Positions 38,526 to 48,357 of a stretch of 64,000 nt of DNA are shown here, piece by piece. Every line of letters starts with the position of its first letter. Position 1 is the stretch's first letter. A program made the position numbers and the translations under genes. The notes under the pieces are model-generated. The model was not told where the DNA came from. It made no database searches and worked only from the letters and a program-made list of their open reading frames with translations. This stretch comes from Alphaproteobacteria bacterium (GTDB lineage: Bacteria; Pseudomonadota; Alphaproteobacteria; Bin95), in assembly GCA_965205265.1 (NCBI GenBank), contig CBDBGH010000003.1, forward strand, positions 4,928,001 through 4,992,000. Direction: 5' to 3'.

Positions 38526-40201
38526 TGCTGCTGCGCTGGATGAGCAGGAGAACCGTGCTGCTTGTGCTTGCCGTGACGTCGGGTCTGGCGGTGTCGGCAT
38601 GCGACACCGGCAAGGAGGCGGCGGAGGCGGCGAAGAGCGCCGGTTCGGCGATGACGAAGTGGCTTCCGCAGTCGCCGGCGGGCCGCGAGGAACGGGTCTT
38701 CCAGGTGCTGAAGGAAGAGGACCGCCCGCATCTGGGGCTCGCCCTGCTGGAAAGGCGTCGCAAGGGGCTTCCTGAGGCGCTCGACGTGGAATTCAGTTTC
38801 CCGCTGGGGGACACGGTCACCCATGAGTCCATCGCGAACGATCTGGGACAGACGGCCGGGCTGAATGTGATTCTGGGCAAGGCGTTCGAGGAGGGTGGTG
38901 GGGCCCCCCGTCGAATCGGTGAGGCCGGTGAAGCCGGCCAGCCGCCGCCGGAAGCGGCGGCCAGGCCGGCCGGGTCGGAATTTGCATGGCTGGGGCTGGA
39001 AAGCGGCGGCGGGCTTCCGGTGGTGAACTGGCACGGCCGGGTCTCGGAGTTCCTCGATGCCTGGACGGAAGCGGCCGGATATGACTGGGAGTGGAACGAG
39101 GTCCGCGGCGTTGTGGTCCACCGTTCGGTTTCCCGGTCCTGGACGGTGAACGCGCTGGCCGGGGGCCAGCAGTGGAACGTGGGTGTGAACAGCGACGCCA
39201 GTTCGTCCGGCAGCGGCGACGGCGGGGCGACCGTGGCGGGGGGCAATTCGCAGTCGATTACGGCGACCTATCAGGACGATCCCTGGAAAGAGGTCAGGGG
39301 ACGTCTGGAGTTCGCAGCCGCCGGGGAGGCCCGGCTGCAGCTGACGCAGTCGACCGGCAGGGTGGCCGTCACGGGGACGCCGGGAGCGGTAAGGCGGGTC
39401 GAGGAGGCGCTGCGCGAACTCAACCGGACGACATTGCGCCCGGTCCGCCTGACGTTCTCCATGTTCCGGGTGGAGCACAACAACCAGCAGTCGTTCGATC
39501 TGGGGATATCGGCGGTCCTGCGCCATCTGTTCGGTCAGGATATCGGGATCGGGATCAATGCCACGGACGGTCTCGTGATCCGGCGGCCGGGTCATGTGCG
39601 TGGACAGAACAGCTATAGGGCGGCCGTGAACGCGCTCCGCCAGGTCGGGTCGGTGAGCCGGATCATGTCGGTCGACGTGCCGACGCTGAACGGACGCCCG
39701 GCGCAGTTCTACGACCTGCTCGACAAGGTGTATGTCGCGGAATACGAGGTGGTCGCGCTGGAGAACACGCAGAACGCCGTGACGACGCAGATCACGCCCG
39801 GCACGGTCACGGAGGGCATCATGATCTCCTACCGGGCCCAGATCGTGGCTCATGACGAGATGCTGGTGCGCATAGCGGTCAACATTCTCGACAGCGCCGA
39901 TATCAAGGATTTCGATACAGGCGAGGTGGTTGTCCAGCAACCGACGCAGGGCCGCCGGGCGATTACGTCGTCGCAGTCGGTACGGACGGGCGAGACGCTT
40001 GTGCTGACGGGCTTCGCTGACAAATTCGCGCAGGGTGGCGACAGTCTGGGTCTCGGCAATGAGGAGGTCGGCACGGGCTACAGGGATTCCGGCGCCAGCC
40101 GACGGATCGAGCAGGTGATGCTGGTGACGGCGGATATCGGACGTCCCCTGGGTATCGTGAACGAGACACCGGGGGCCGCGCCGGCCGGAGGCGGCGCATG
40201 A
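38525..40201 (+). CDS. pilN: PilN/BfpB type IVb pilus secretin lipoprotein
   Basis: Lipobox VSAC; Ser/Gly-rich linker; TLNGRPA, TPGTVTEG, GETLVLTGF. Confidence 0.85.
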   Translation: MLLRWMSRRTVLLVLAVTSGLAVSACDTGKEAAEAAKSAGSAMTKWLPQSPAGREERVFQVLKEEDRPHLGLALLERRRKGLPEALDVEFSFPLGDTVTHESIANDLGQTAGLNVILGKAFEEGGGAPRRIGEAGEAGQPPPEAAARPAGSEFAWLGLESGGGLPVVNWHGRVSEFLDAWTEAAGYDWEWNEVRGVVVHRSVSRSWTVNALAGGQQWNVGVNSDASSSGSGDGGATVAGGNSQSITATYQDDPWKEVRGRLEFAAAGEARLQLTQSTGRVAVTGTPGAVRRVEEALRELNRTTLRPVRLTFSMFRVEHNNQQSFDLGISAVLRHLFGQDIGIGINATDGLVIRRPGHVRGQNSYRAAVNALRQVGSVSRIMSVDVPTLNGRPAQFYDLLDKVYVAEYEVVALENTQNAVTTQITPGTVTEGIMISYRAQIVAHDEMLVRIAVNILDSADIKDFDTGEVVVQQPTQGRRAITSSQSVRTGETLVLTGFADKFAQGGDSLGLGNEEVGTGYRDSGASRRIEQVMLVTADIGRPLGIVNETPGAAPAGGGA

Positions 40202-41490
40202 GCGTCGTCATGATCGGCGGAGAGGCCTATGTGGCCGGAATGCTGTGGCTGCCGGCCCTCGAAAAATCGGAGATCGCGAAGGCCGGGAAGTCCGGCCGGC
40301 GCAACTACAATGTCCGGTACGGGGAGCTTGTCGGGCTTGTCGACGGGGAAGGAAACCCGGCCGGCATCGCGCCGCTGGCCCCGGTAGTCGAGCGCGTCAT
40401 CGGTCCTGACCAGGGCTCGTGGGTGGCCGCTCTTGCGACAGAGGAGGGCGAGGTCTGCCTTGTCCAGCAGCAGGCCGGCGCGCTGACGCGCGACGGAGAC
40501 GTTATCTTCGATCGGGAAGAGGATGCGTGGGAGCGGTTCGAACTTGTCCGTGAAAGCGGCGGCCGTGCCTTTGTCGGTCCTGGATTGTTCGAGGAACATG
40601 CTTCGCGCTTTGCCCAATTGGACCTTGACCTGCTGTCCGGGCAGCGGGCGTCCATGGCGGCGGTCGAGCGGGACAGGGGCGGGAGGAAGAACCTCGTCCT
40701 GACGCTTCTGGCCCTGATCGTGTTGCCGGTGGGCGGCTACTTGATATGGGACAATTTCATCAAGGAGCCGCCTCCGAGGCGGCCTCCGCCGATTCCGACA
40801 GTGGATGCCGTCATCGACAGGATGACCTTCGTGGCAGGATGCGAGAACGCACGCCGCCGAACCCTGCTGCATGTTGCAGGCTGGGACCTGAAGAGGGTCA
40901 CCTGCGTGTTCGAGCTGGGCTACGCCCTCGGAATCAGCGAGGAGGCCGATGTAAAGAACGAGGAAAGGATCGCGATCGGCCACGGACGCTTTTCAAAAGT
41001 CCCGGTGATGTTCGCCGAGTGGAAATTGATAGAGGGATTCGAACCGTCGGTATGGCGTCGTATTGCCGAGCAGCAGTTGGGAGCCGGGGGAGGCTGGGAA
41101 GTTGTTCAGGTAGCGGAATCGACGGCCTGGGCCGCGGTCCGGCTACCCAATGTGCTCGCGAAGGCGGGCACCGCGCCGAACTATGTCGATTACCGCAATA
41201 TGGTGGAAAGGGCTTTCGGCCTGCAGACGGTGGACGTGCTTCACGGTCCGCAGCCATTAACTCCGCATGGCAAGGCGGAGACAAGATTGACCATGACGTT
41301 CGGCCTGGCCGAGTTCTATGACAGGATCCGGCCCCTGGAGGGTATGGAGGTCGTGAGGGTGATGACGCGGCCCAGGGAGCGCTGGGGCTGGATTGCGGAG
41401 ATACGCAAGCAGCAGGCGCAGACGATCCAGGAGCCGTTTTTCCTTGAGAGGCAGGCGAGGACGCCTGCGGCGGCGAACCGGTCCAACTGA
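40198..41490 (+). CDS. pilO: PilO-like type IVb pilus accessory protein
   Basis: YVAGMLW start, central TM, Pro-rich linker, C...GW....C; follows pilN. Confidence 0.7.
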   Translation: MSVVMIGGEAYVAGMLWLPALEKSEIAKAGKSGRRNYNVRYGELVGLVDGEGNPAGIAPLAPVVERVIGPDQGSWVAALATEEGEVCLVQQQAGALTRDGDVIFDREEDAWERFELVRESGGRAFVGPGLFEEHASRFAQLDLDLLSGQRASMAAVERDRGGRKNLVLTLLALIVLPVGGYLIWDNFIKEPPPRRPPPIPTVDAVIDRMTFVAGCENARRRTLLHVAGWDLKRVTCVFELGYALGISEEADVKNEERIAIGHGRFSKVPVMFAEWKLIEGFEPSVWRRIAEQQLGAGGGWEVVQVAESTAWAAVRLPNVLAKAGTAPNYVDYRNMVERAFGLQTVDVLHGPQPLTPHGKAETRLTMTFGLAEFYDRIRPLEGMEVVRVMTRPRERWGWIAEIRKQQAQTIQEPFFLERQARTPAAANRSN

Positions 41491-41511
41491 GCGGCCCGCG
41501 GGCGAATCCGG

Positions 41512-41565
41512 CAATTGGATTGCCATGACAAGCGGCTTGTATAGATAATCGAATAGTTATATATT
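41512..41565 (+). promoter_or_regulatory. Promoter TTGTAT-N17-TATATT with operators at 41512, 41529, 41546
   Basis: CAATTGGATTG, CAAGCGGCTTG, TAATCGAATAG at 17-bp pitch. Confidence 0.7.
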
Positions 41566-41608
41566 GTGGTCTCCGGACATGGATTCGACTGCATGAAAGG
41601 ACAGCGTG

Positions 41609-41737
41609 ATGCTGGAGGCTTCGGACCGCTATATCGAACTGACCAGGGCAAAGCGCTGGAACGGCGAGCTGCCGTCCACCATGCTGGGCGGCGACGGCGC
41701 GGTGCCGCTCCTGTCCCTGTCCTCGCCCGGGCGGTAA
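41609..41737 (+). pseudogene. 42-aa ORF resembling the C-terminal tail of SPFH/prohibitin proteins
   Basis: AKRWNGELPSTMLG..AVPLL. Confidence 0.4.
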
Positions 41738-41867
41738 GTGACCCGGGTGGCCGGCCGGGCGGAGACGGGGAATCCGCCCGCCCGGCCTTTTCCGATTTTC
41801 ACGAGCGTGAAGCAGGATTGTCTTTCGACGCGGAGTGGCGCGGGCGCCTGAAGCGAAGGGGCAGGGA

Positions 41868-43382
41868 ATGCGCGTAGTGGATGTTTTTGCCGGCGGGGGC
41901 GGCTCCAGCGAGGGAATCAGGCAGGCTCTCGGCCGCGAGGTCGACATGGCGATCGACGCGGACGCGAAGGTCCTCTCCATGCACTCGGTGAACCACCCGG
42001 GCAGCAGGCATATCGTAAGCGACGTGTCGGCGGTGGAGCCTGCGGGCATTGCCGGGCCGGGCCGGATCGGCCTGGCGTGGTTCTCGCCGCCGTGCACCGA
42101 CCACTCGCGCGCCAAGGGGGGAAAGAGGATCACGCCCGAGCAGGAGAAGCGCCGGGAGCTGGCCTGGACGGTGGAACGCTGGGCCAGGGAGGCCCGCCCG
42201 GACGTCATCATGCTCGAGAACGTCATGGAATTCCGGCACTGGGGCCCGTTGGTTGACGGCATACCGGACAAGGCCCGGATGGGCGAGACCTTCCGTTACT
42301 GGTGGGAGAAGCTCCGCGCCGCTGGCTATGACAGGATCGAGATGAGAGAGGTGAAGGCCGCCGACCTCGGCGTCCCGACGGTGCGCAGCCGCCTGATAAT
42401 CATCGCCCGCCGCGACGGGAGACCCATCGTCTGGCCCGAGGCGACGCACGGTCCCGGGCGCGCCCTTCCGTGGCGGACGGCCGCGGAGTGCATCGACTGG
42501 GATGTACCGTGCCACAGCATCTTCCTGACGCGCGAGGAAGGACGGAAGGTGGGCGTGAAGCGCCCGCTGGTCCCGAAGACCATGGACCGCATCGCCATGG
42601 GCCTCGAGCGCTATGTCCTGAACAATGGCAGTCCGTTCATCGCCCCGGTGACGCATAGCGGCGACCCGCGCCGGGTTCACTCGGTGGATGACCCGCTGCG
42701 GACCGTGACGACGGCGAAACGCGGGGAATTCGCTCTGGTCATGCCCCGTCTGGCATGGATGGCCCAGCACAACAGCGGTGTGACGGGGCATGGATGCGAT
42801 GAGCCCTTCAGCACGCTCACCGGCAAGGGCTCGCACCAGAACCTCGTCCTGTGCCATCTGGACCGCCAGTTCGGAACGGAAACGCACGGGAGCCTGGAGG
42901 AGCCCGCGCCGACCGTCGTGGCCTCGGGGCAGGGCAAGACGGCGCTCGTGGCCTCTTTCATCAGCCACTACCATCACAGCAATACCAACGGCGGCAACGG
43001 CTCGCTTCGCCGGCCCCTGAACACCGTCCTGGCGAACGGCCAGCACAAGGCATTGGTCCAGGGCTTCCTGATGAAGCTCTACGGCAAGCGCGGCAGCGCG
43101 GACCTTTTCGAGCCCTCCCCCACGGCGGCGGGCCGGAGCAAGCTCGGCATCGTGACCGTGGATTCGGTCAATTACGTGCTTGTGGACATAGCGATGAGGA
43201 TGCTGACGCCGCGGGAACTTTTCAGGGCGCAGGGGTTCCCGGAAGACTACAGGATCGCGTTCGGCGCCAATGACGAACCGATCACCAAGGAGGTCCAGAT
43301 CCTGGCCTGCGGCAACAGCGTCTGCCCGCCCCTGGCCCGGGCTCTGGTCGAGGCGAACAGGGCAGGCCTGGAAGGCGTGTAG
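41868..43382 (+). CDS. DNA (cytosine-5) methyltransferase, phage/plasmid orphan type
   Basis: DVFAGGGG, SPPCTDHS, LENV.EF, R.RL, RMLTPREL..AQGFP, GNSVCP. Confidence 0.93.
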   Translation: MRVVDVFAGGGGSSEGIRQALGREVDMAIDADAKVLSMHSVNHPGSRHIVSDVSAVEPAGIAGPGRIGLAWFSPPCTDHSRAKGGKRITPEQEKRRELAWTVERWAREARPDVIMLENVMEFRHWGPLVDGIPDKARMGETFRYWWEKLRAAGYDRIEMREVKAADLGVPTVRSRLIIIARRDGRPIVWPEATHGPGRALPWRTAAECIDWDVPCHSIFLTREEGRKVGVKRPLVPKTMDRIAMGLERYVLNNGSPFIAPVTHSGDPRRVHSVDDPLRTVTTAKRGEFALVMPRLAWMAQHNSGVTGHGCDEPFSTLTGKGSHQNLVLCHLDRQFGTETHGSLEEPAPTVVASGQGKTALVASFISHYHHSNTNGGNGSLRRPLNTVLANGQHKALVQGFLMKLYGKRGSADLFEPSPTAAGRSKLGIVTVDSVNYVLVDIAMRMLTPRELFRAQGFPEDYRIAFGANDEPITKEVQILACGNSVCPPLARALVEANRAGLEGV

Positions 43383-43403
43383 GGAGAGCGGGGAGGGCGC
43401 ATA

Positions 43404-43919
43404 TTGACGGGCACCGGGACATTCTACCTTGCCGGCGGCTATGGCTGGCTGGAGCGTCATGCAAGCCTGGCCGAGGGGATATCCACGCTCTCGGGATGGC
43501 GCTGCACGGCGCGCTGGCTGGAGGGTCTTGAAGGAGAGACCGATCCCGAGGTGGCCAGGAACGACCGGGCGGATGTCGAGGCGGCGGATGCGCTCGTCGT
43601 CGTGAACAGCCCGTCCCAGCGCAACAGCACATGGGTCGAACTGGGCATCGCGATCGGGTTGAGGAAGCCGGTCATCATGCTGGTTTCGGCCCCGGAGGAT
43701 ATCCGGGACATTCCGGTGTTCTGGGCCCTGCCGGAATGTCTCGTGGTCGCCGCGCCGGGGCATGCGCACGGGACATTCCTGTACGGTGCGGGTTCGGGCG
43801 ACAGGACAGACTGGCCCGGCCCTTGCGGTTTGCTCAAGGCCGCGGCCGTGGCCTATTCGATCATAATGGACAGAGATCTGCCGCCGCCGGACTGGAGCAG
43901 ATACAAGGCGGCGGCATGA
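43404..43919 (+). CDS. Nucleoside 2-deoxyribosyltransferase-like protein
   Basis: FYLAG...D..DVEAAD.LV...STWVELG.A. Confidence 0.7.
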   Translation: MTGTGTFYLAGGYGWLERHASLAEGISTLSGWRCTARWLEGLEGETDPEVARNDRADVEAADALVVVNSPSQRNSTWVELGIAIGLRKPVIMLVSAPEDIRDIPVFWALPECLVVAAPGHAHGTFLYGAGSGDRTDWPGPCGLLKAAAVAYSIIMDRDLPPPDWSRYKAAA

Positions 43920-44233
43920 AGCGTCTCTCACACAGGACGAAACGGACGGTCCGTGACCGTGGCCTTCTCGCCCCCTCTCCTTCCGGAGCGGTCGGGGACG
44001 ATCTGGAATGGGCGAAGGCCTGCGCCCGCAAGGGCTGGGACAATATCGAGCTGCTCACCGAGAGCGAGTTGCGTTTCGTCGACAGCTTCGGGATGCGGCT
44101 GCAGAGATACGGAGCCAGGACGGAGATTTCGGACCGCCAGAAGGACTGGCTGAAGCGCATCGTCGCGAAGATCGACGCGAGGACGGAGAGCGCCCCCGAC
44201 CGGGCGGACGGGGGGACAGATGGCCCGGAGTGA
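43916..44233 (+). CDS. Hypothetical protein
   Basis: ATGA-coupled; LTESE..FVD...ISDRQ..WL..I helical motif. Confidence 0.65.
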   Translation: MKRLSHRTKRTVRDRGLLAPSPSGAVGDDLEWAKACARKGWDNIELLTESELRFVDSFGMRLQRYGARTEISDRQKDWLKRIVAKIDARTESAPDRADGGTDGPE

Positions 44234-44651
44234 GGTTCCCGTCCATTTGCTCAGGCCGTTCGTCAGGTGGCCTCTGGCGGCGCCGACTCTGCCGGCGGTC
44301 ACGGCCTATGTCGAGGAGCGCCGGCGCCGGGGCGGCGTGATCGGCACCTGGACCGCCCGGCATCCAAGGCGGGCGGAGGAACTGGCCGGGGGCTCGGTGT
44401 TCTTCGTCAGGTCCGGGCGCACGCTGTTCCGGCTCGGGATCGAGGATATCGCCGTGACCCGCACGGGCATGACGAGGATTGCCATGACACCGTTCGTGTA
44501 TCCGGTGGTCGCGAAACGGGTCGGCATGGTCCGCGGCTGGCGCTACCTCGAGGAGCGCGACGCGCCGGCGGACCTGCCGGTCGCACCGTCGGCGGCGGAT
44601 GACAGGCTGCCGGAGGGTCTGCGGCGCGAACTGGCCGAGTGGGGCCTGTGA
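44220..44651 (+). CDS. DUF1489 family protein
   Basis: PRRAEEL.GGS.F...GWRYL...DAP.DL...LP..L..EL.EWGL. Confidence 0.75.
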   Translation: MARSEVPVHLLRPFVRWPLAAPTLPAVTAYVEERRRRGGVIGTWTARHPRRAEELAGGSVFFVRSGRTLFRLGIEDIAVTRTGMTRIAMTPFVYPVVAKRVGMVRGWRYLEERDAPADLPVAPSAADDRLPEGLRRELAEWGL

Positions 44652-45568
44652 CAGGTCGGGCGGCCAGGAGGATGCCGGCGCGTTGGGCGCGCGGCCATGT
44701 CGAGTGGATCGAGGATGAAGTGGCCCATCTGTCGGTCGTCTTCACCTGGGATCTGGAGCGTGTCTGGCAGCGGGCGAACTGGCTCCACCGGGCCGGCTAC
44801 CGGGTGCGGGTCGGGGGCCCGGCGGTTCATGTGCGCACGCCGGTCCGCGATGCGCTGGCCGGGATCGCGGAAATAGGCGGCCATGTCGCCGAGGCTGTCG
44901 TCAGGCACAATCCCGATGCGACATTCGCGTCGAGAGGCTGTCCGGTCGGCTGCTGGTTCTGTGTCGTGCCGAGCATGGAGGGCCGGGAGTTCACGCTGAT
45001 CGAGGATTTCGTGCCCCGCCCGATCCTGTGCGACAACAATCTGAGCGCACTGCCCGGGACATTCCAGGACCATATCGTGGCCCGGTATCAGGAGACGGAA
45101 GTGCCTCTCTTGGATGCCAATTCGGGTTTCGAGCCGAGGACCTTCGACGAGGAGGTGTTCCGGCGCTGGGAGCCTGTCCTGCGCGGCCCCTGGCGTTTCG
45201 CGCTGGACGATGAGGGCGACTTGCCGCATGTGCTCGGCGTGCTGGACATGCTGCGTGAGCGTGTCCCCAATCCCAGGAGAAAACGCCTCTATGTGCTGGT
45301 GGGGAACGAGCCGTTCGATTTGTGCATGCATCGCATCCGGACGGTTCTGGACGGGGGCGCAGAACCGCATGTGCAACCCCTGATGAAACTCAACGCGATG
45401 CGGCGCGAACCCTGGGTGCGCCATGACTGGTCGGTGGACCTTCTCAGGTCGGTGGCGCGGTGGGCGAACCGCAGATTGTGGAAATACACGGATTTCGACG
45501 GCTATCGTCGAAGCGTGCGCAGTTCCCGGCAGGAGAAGACGGAGGGGCAGATGTCGCTAACGGTGTGA
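44648..45568 (+). CDS. Radical SAM protein
   Basis: VGGP, SRGCPVGCWFCVVP..EG (CxxxCxxC), DNNL, YVLVG. Confidence 0.85.
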   Translation: MTGRAARRMPARWARGHVEWIEDEVAHLSVVFTWDLERVWQRANWLHRAGYRVRVGGPAVHVRTPVRDALAGIAEIGGHVAEAVVRHNPDATFASRGCPVGCWFCVVPSMEGREFTLIEDFVPRPILCDNNLSALPGTFQDHIVARYQETEVPLLDANSGFEPRTFDEEVFRRWEPVLRGPWRFALDDEGDLPHVLGVLDMLRERVPNPRRKRLYVLVGNEPFDLCMHRIRTVLDGGAEPHVQPLMKLNAMRREPWVRHDWSVDLLRSVARWANRRLWKYTDFDGYRRSVRSSRQEKTEGQMSLTV

Positions 45569-45632
45569 CGGGCCGGCGGCGGTGATGCGGCAATGCCCGC
45601 TGTGGACAGGGAGGCAGTGTCCGGTTCCTGTT

Positions 45633-45669
45633 CCATTTGATTGGATATGCAATCGAAACGGCATATAAT
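45633..45669 (+). promoter_or_regulatory. Promoter TTGGAT-N17-TATAAT with degenerate operators
   Basis: CCATTTGATTG (45633) and CAATCGAAACG (45650), 17-bp pitch. Confidence 0.6.
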
Positions 45670-45717
45670 TGGAATTCCTCTGCTTGGAAGGGCGCAGGTG
45701 TGGAACGGGAAGACTTG

Positions 45718-47148
45718 ATGAAGGAGGGGGTGCTCACTGTAAAACTGGTTAACCTTCCGGCACTCGATACGTCGACCGTCCAGGTGATGAACCGCCTGGT
45801 GGAGTTTCTGAAAAGGCTGCGCCTGCGGCGCTTTGTGGAAGAGGCGGAGGCGGCCGCCCGGCGGCCGCGGCCGCTCGGTCCGGCGGAGGGCTGCCGCGCC
45901 GACCCTTCGGGTGTGGAACGCAGGGAGTGGAGGCGCTTCGGGAGAACGCGAATGCAGCGCGTCCATCCGGGGGTCCATCTCGCCGATGCCATAGAGGAAC
46001 TCGGTCTCACGCAATATCGTCTGGCGAAGACAATAAATGTGCCTCCCGGCCGCATGAACGAGATCATACGGGGGCGGCGGGCGATATCGCCGGAGACCTC
46101 CGTGCGCCTGGGTCAGGCGCTCGGCATGTCCTCCACCTACTGGCTCGATCAGCAGCGGAAGCACGACAATCTTGCGGGGGGCTCGCCAGGGCGATCCGAT
46201 CATCGGGAGGGTGGCCCGTCACCGGTCGGGATTTCGGAAAGGGACCTCCAGAAGATCGAGCGCCGGGCCAACGAGCTGGTCAGGCGCCGGGAAGCGGCCA
46301 ACGGGCTTGGGCATCTCCGCGAAGACGAGAAGCGGGCCCTGAAGAGGATATACGGCGACGTGCCGGCGGTCCGGGTTCCGACGGAGCACCGGGCGGACGA
46401 GATTGCCGCGGCCCTGCACGAGGAAATGCCGTGAATGGCGCCGGCGACCAAGGAAGCCTGGCATGCGCTGCGCCGTTGCGCCGACAGGGGGGAGCCGGTG
46501 AAAATCGGTCCGCTTCTCCTGGTGGGCAAGACAGGGACGGGCAAGACGGCCTGGGCGCGCCGCCTGGGCAAGATCCTCGAGATGCCGCCCTGCCTGATCG
46601 ATGCCTCACGGGGGTTGGCCGCATTCAGTGTGGCCGGAGTGGAACGAGGCTGGAAGTCGGCAGGGGCCGGCCTGCCGCTTCAGACGGTCATGAACGCGCG
46701 TATTGCAAATCCGGTGGTGATTCTCGATGAGATATGCAAGGCCGGAGGGCTGTGGTCGTCCTCGGGCATGTCGCTGGCCTTCATCCCGGCGCTGCTGGGC
46801 CTTCTGGAACCGGAGACGGCGCGGGAATGGGTGTGTCCGTATTTCCAGGTGCCGGTGAACATGAGCCACCTGAGCTGGATCATGACCGCGAATTCGACGG
46901 CAACGCTGCCGCAGCCGCTGCTGAGCCGTTGCCGGACGATCGAAATCGCGGAACCCTCGGTGAAGCAGCTGCAGGAGTTCGCCCGCCGTCAGGCGGCCGG
47001 GATGGACCTGTCGGCCGCCGGCACCGAGGCGGTGGCCGGAGCGATCGCAAAGGCCGCCGGAAAGGGAACCATGCCCGGCGGCTTGCGCAGCGTTGTCCGG
47101 ATGCTGGAGCGCGCGCAGGAGATCGAGAGCCGTCCCGTGCTGCACTGA
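45718..47148 (+). pseudogene. HigA-type HTH fused to a Lon-like AAA ATPase, interrupted by one in-frame TGA at 46432-46434
   Basis: VHPG.HL...R.NEII.G.R.IS HigA motif; EMP*MAPAT continues in frame into GKTGTGKT, ANPVVILDEICK, MTAN. Confidence 0.7.
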
Positions 47149-47177
47149 CGGCGTTTGCTGCGTCCGGTTCCGGGCCT

Positions 47178-48110
47178 TCACGGGGCCGGTTCGGGCGGCT
47201 CCTTCGGCAGGCTTTCCAAGAGGGCCCGGATCTTTTCGCGCTCGTCGCGTTCTCCGACGCCGTCGATGGAAGTGGCTTCCCTGCGCGACAGGAAATCGTG
47301 GACCGTGGCGCCCTCATTGTCGCGGGCCGCGGGATCGGCCCCCGCCTCCAGGAGGAACTGGAGCGCCGCGGCGTCGCCGCGGCGGACCGCCTCGTGCAAC
47401 GGCGTACATCCCGTCTCGCTGCGGCTGTCCGGATCGGCGCCGGCGTCAACGAGAATGCGCATCCTTTCGGTTTCCACATAGCGCCTGGCGGCGACCCAGT
47501 GCAGCGGCGAGCGCCCCTCTGCGTCAGGAGCGTTCGGGTCCGCTCCCCCCGACAGCAGGGCGCGCAATACCTCGGCATGGCCCGGGTTGGCGAAGAGCCG
47601 GTGAATCGGCCGCCAGCCACCGGCGTCCCGCCCATTCGGGTCGGCGCCGGCGCCGATGAGGGCGCAGACGCCGCGCACGGCCTCCATCTCGAATGCGTTC
47701 GAGACGGCCCAGTGAAGCGGCCTGCCGTAACGCTCGTTCGGGAGATCGGGGTCCGCCCCGACCTCGACCAGGGTCCTGATGAGGCCGGTATCGCCGAAAG
47801 CGATATGGAGGGCGGCGACGCCCCTGTCATTCCGCAGGTTGGGGTCGGCGCCCGCGTCCAGAAGCGCCCTCGCCATTCGTCCCCGGACCGGTTCAGGGCA
47901 TTCCATGACCTCGACGAGCGGCGGATTGGCGTCCTCGCCGCTCCTGACATTCGGGTCGGCGCCCGCGTCAAGGAGGTGTCTCACAAGATCCGGATGCTCG
48001 GCCATGACCGCGCGGTGAAGCGCTGTCAGGCCGTCCTCGCGCGCGTCGAGGTCGCCGCCCTTCGCGACGAACTCCCTCATATCGTCCGCGGTCATGCCAT
48101 CGAAATCCAT
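47178..48110 (-). CDS. Ankyrin repeat protein
   Basis: About seven ..LH...LL.AGADPN repeats; GGAAGAGGA RBS. Confidence 0.93.
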   Translation of the reverse strand: MDFDGMTADDMREFVAKGGDLDAREDGLTALHRAVMAEHPDLVRHLLDAGADPNVRSGEDANPPLVEVMECPEPVRGRMARALLDAGADPNLRNDRGVAALHIAFGDTGLIRTLVEVGADPDLPNERYGRPLHWAVSNAFEMEAVRGVCALIGAGADPNGRDAGGWRPIHRLFANPGHAEVLRALLSGGADPNAPDAEGRSPLHWVAARRYVETERMRILVDAGADPDSRSETGCTPLHEAVRRGDAAALQFLLEAGADPAARDNEGATVHDFLSRREATSIDGVGERDEREKIRALLESLPKEPPEPAP

Positions 48111-48261
48111 GGTCCACGTCCTCTTCCTGTACAGCCCGCCTGTCGGCACCGTCTGCCGCATGATCCGGGCGGGACATGAAAATCCAAAGGACGGGCGCCG
48201 CAGCGCATGGTGGATATCCTCCATGGTTTTCGCGGCGGCTCCAGTCGGTATTGCTCATGAC

Positions 48262-48316
48262 CAATGTGGATTGCCATAACAAGCGGATTGCAATAACAAG
48301 CGGACTATGATATAAA
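48262..48316 (+). promoter_or_regulatory. Promoter TTGCAA-N17-TATAAA with operators at 48262, 48280, 48297
   Basis: CAAGCGGATTG and CAAGCGGACTA at 17-bp pitch. Confidence 0.7.
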
Positions 48317-48357
48317 AGGCCTGCTTGAGGCGGTCCGGAAATTGTGGGAGGCGCAAC

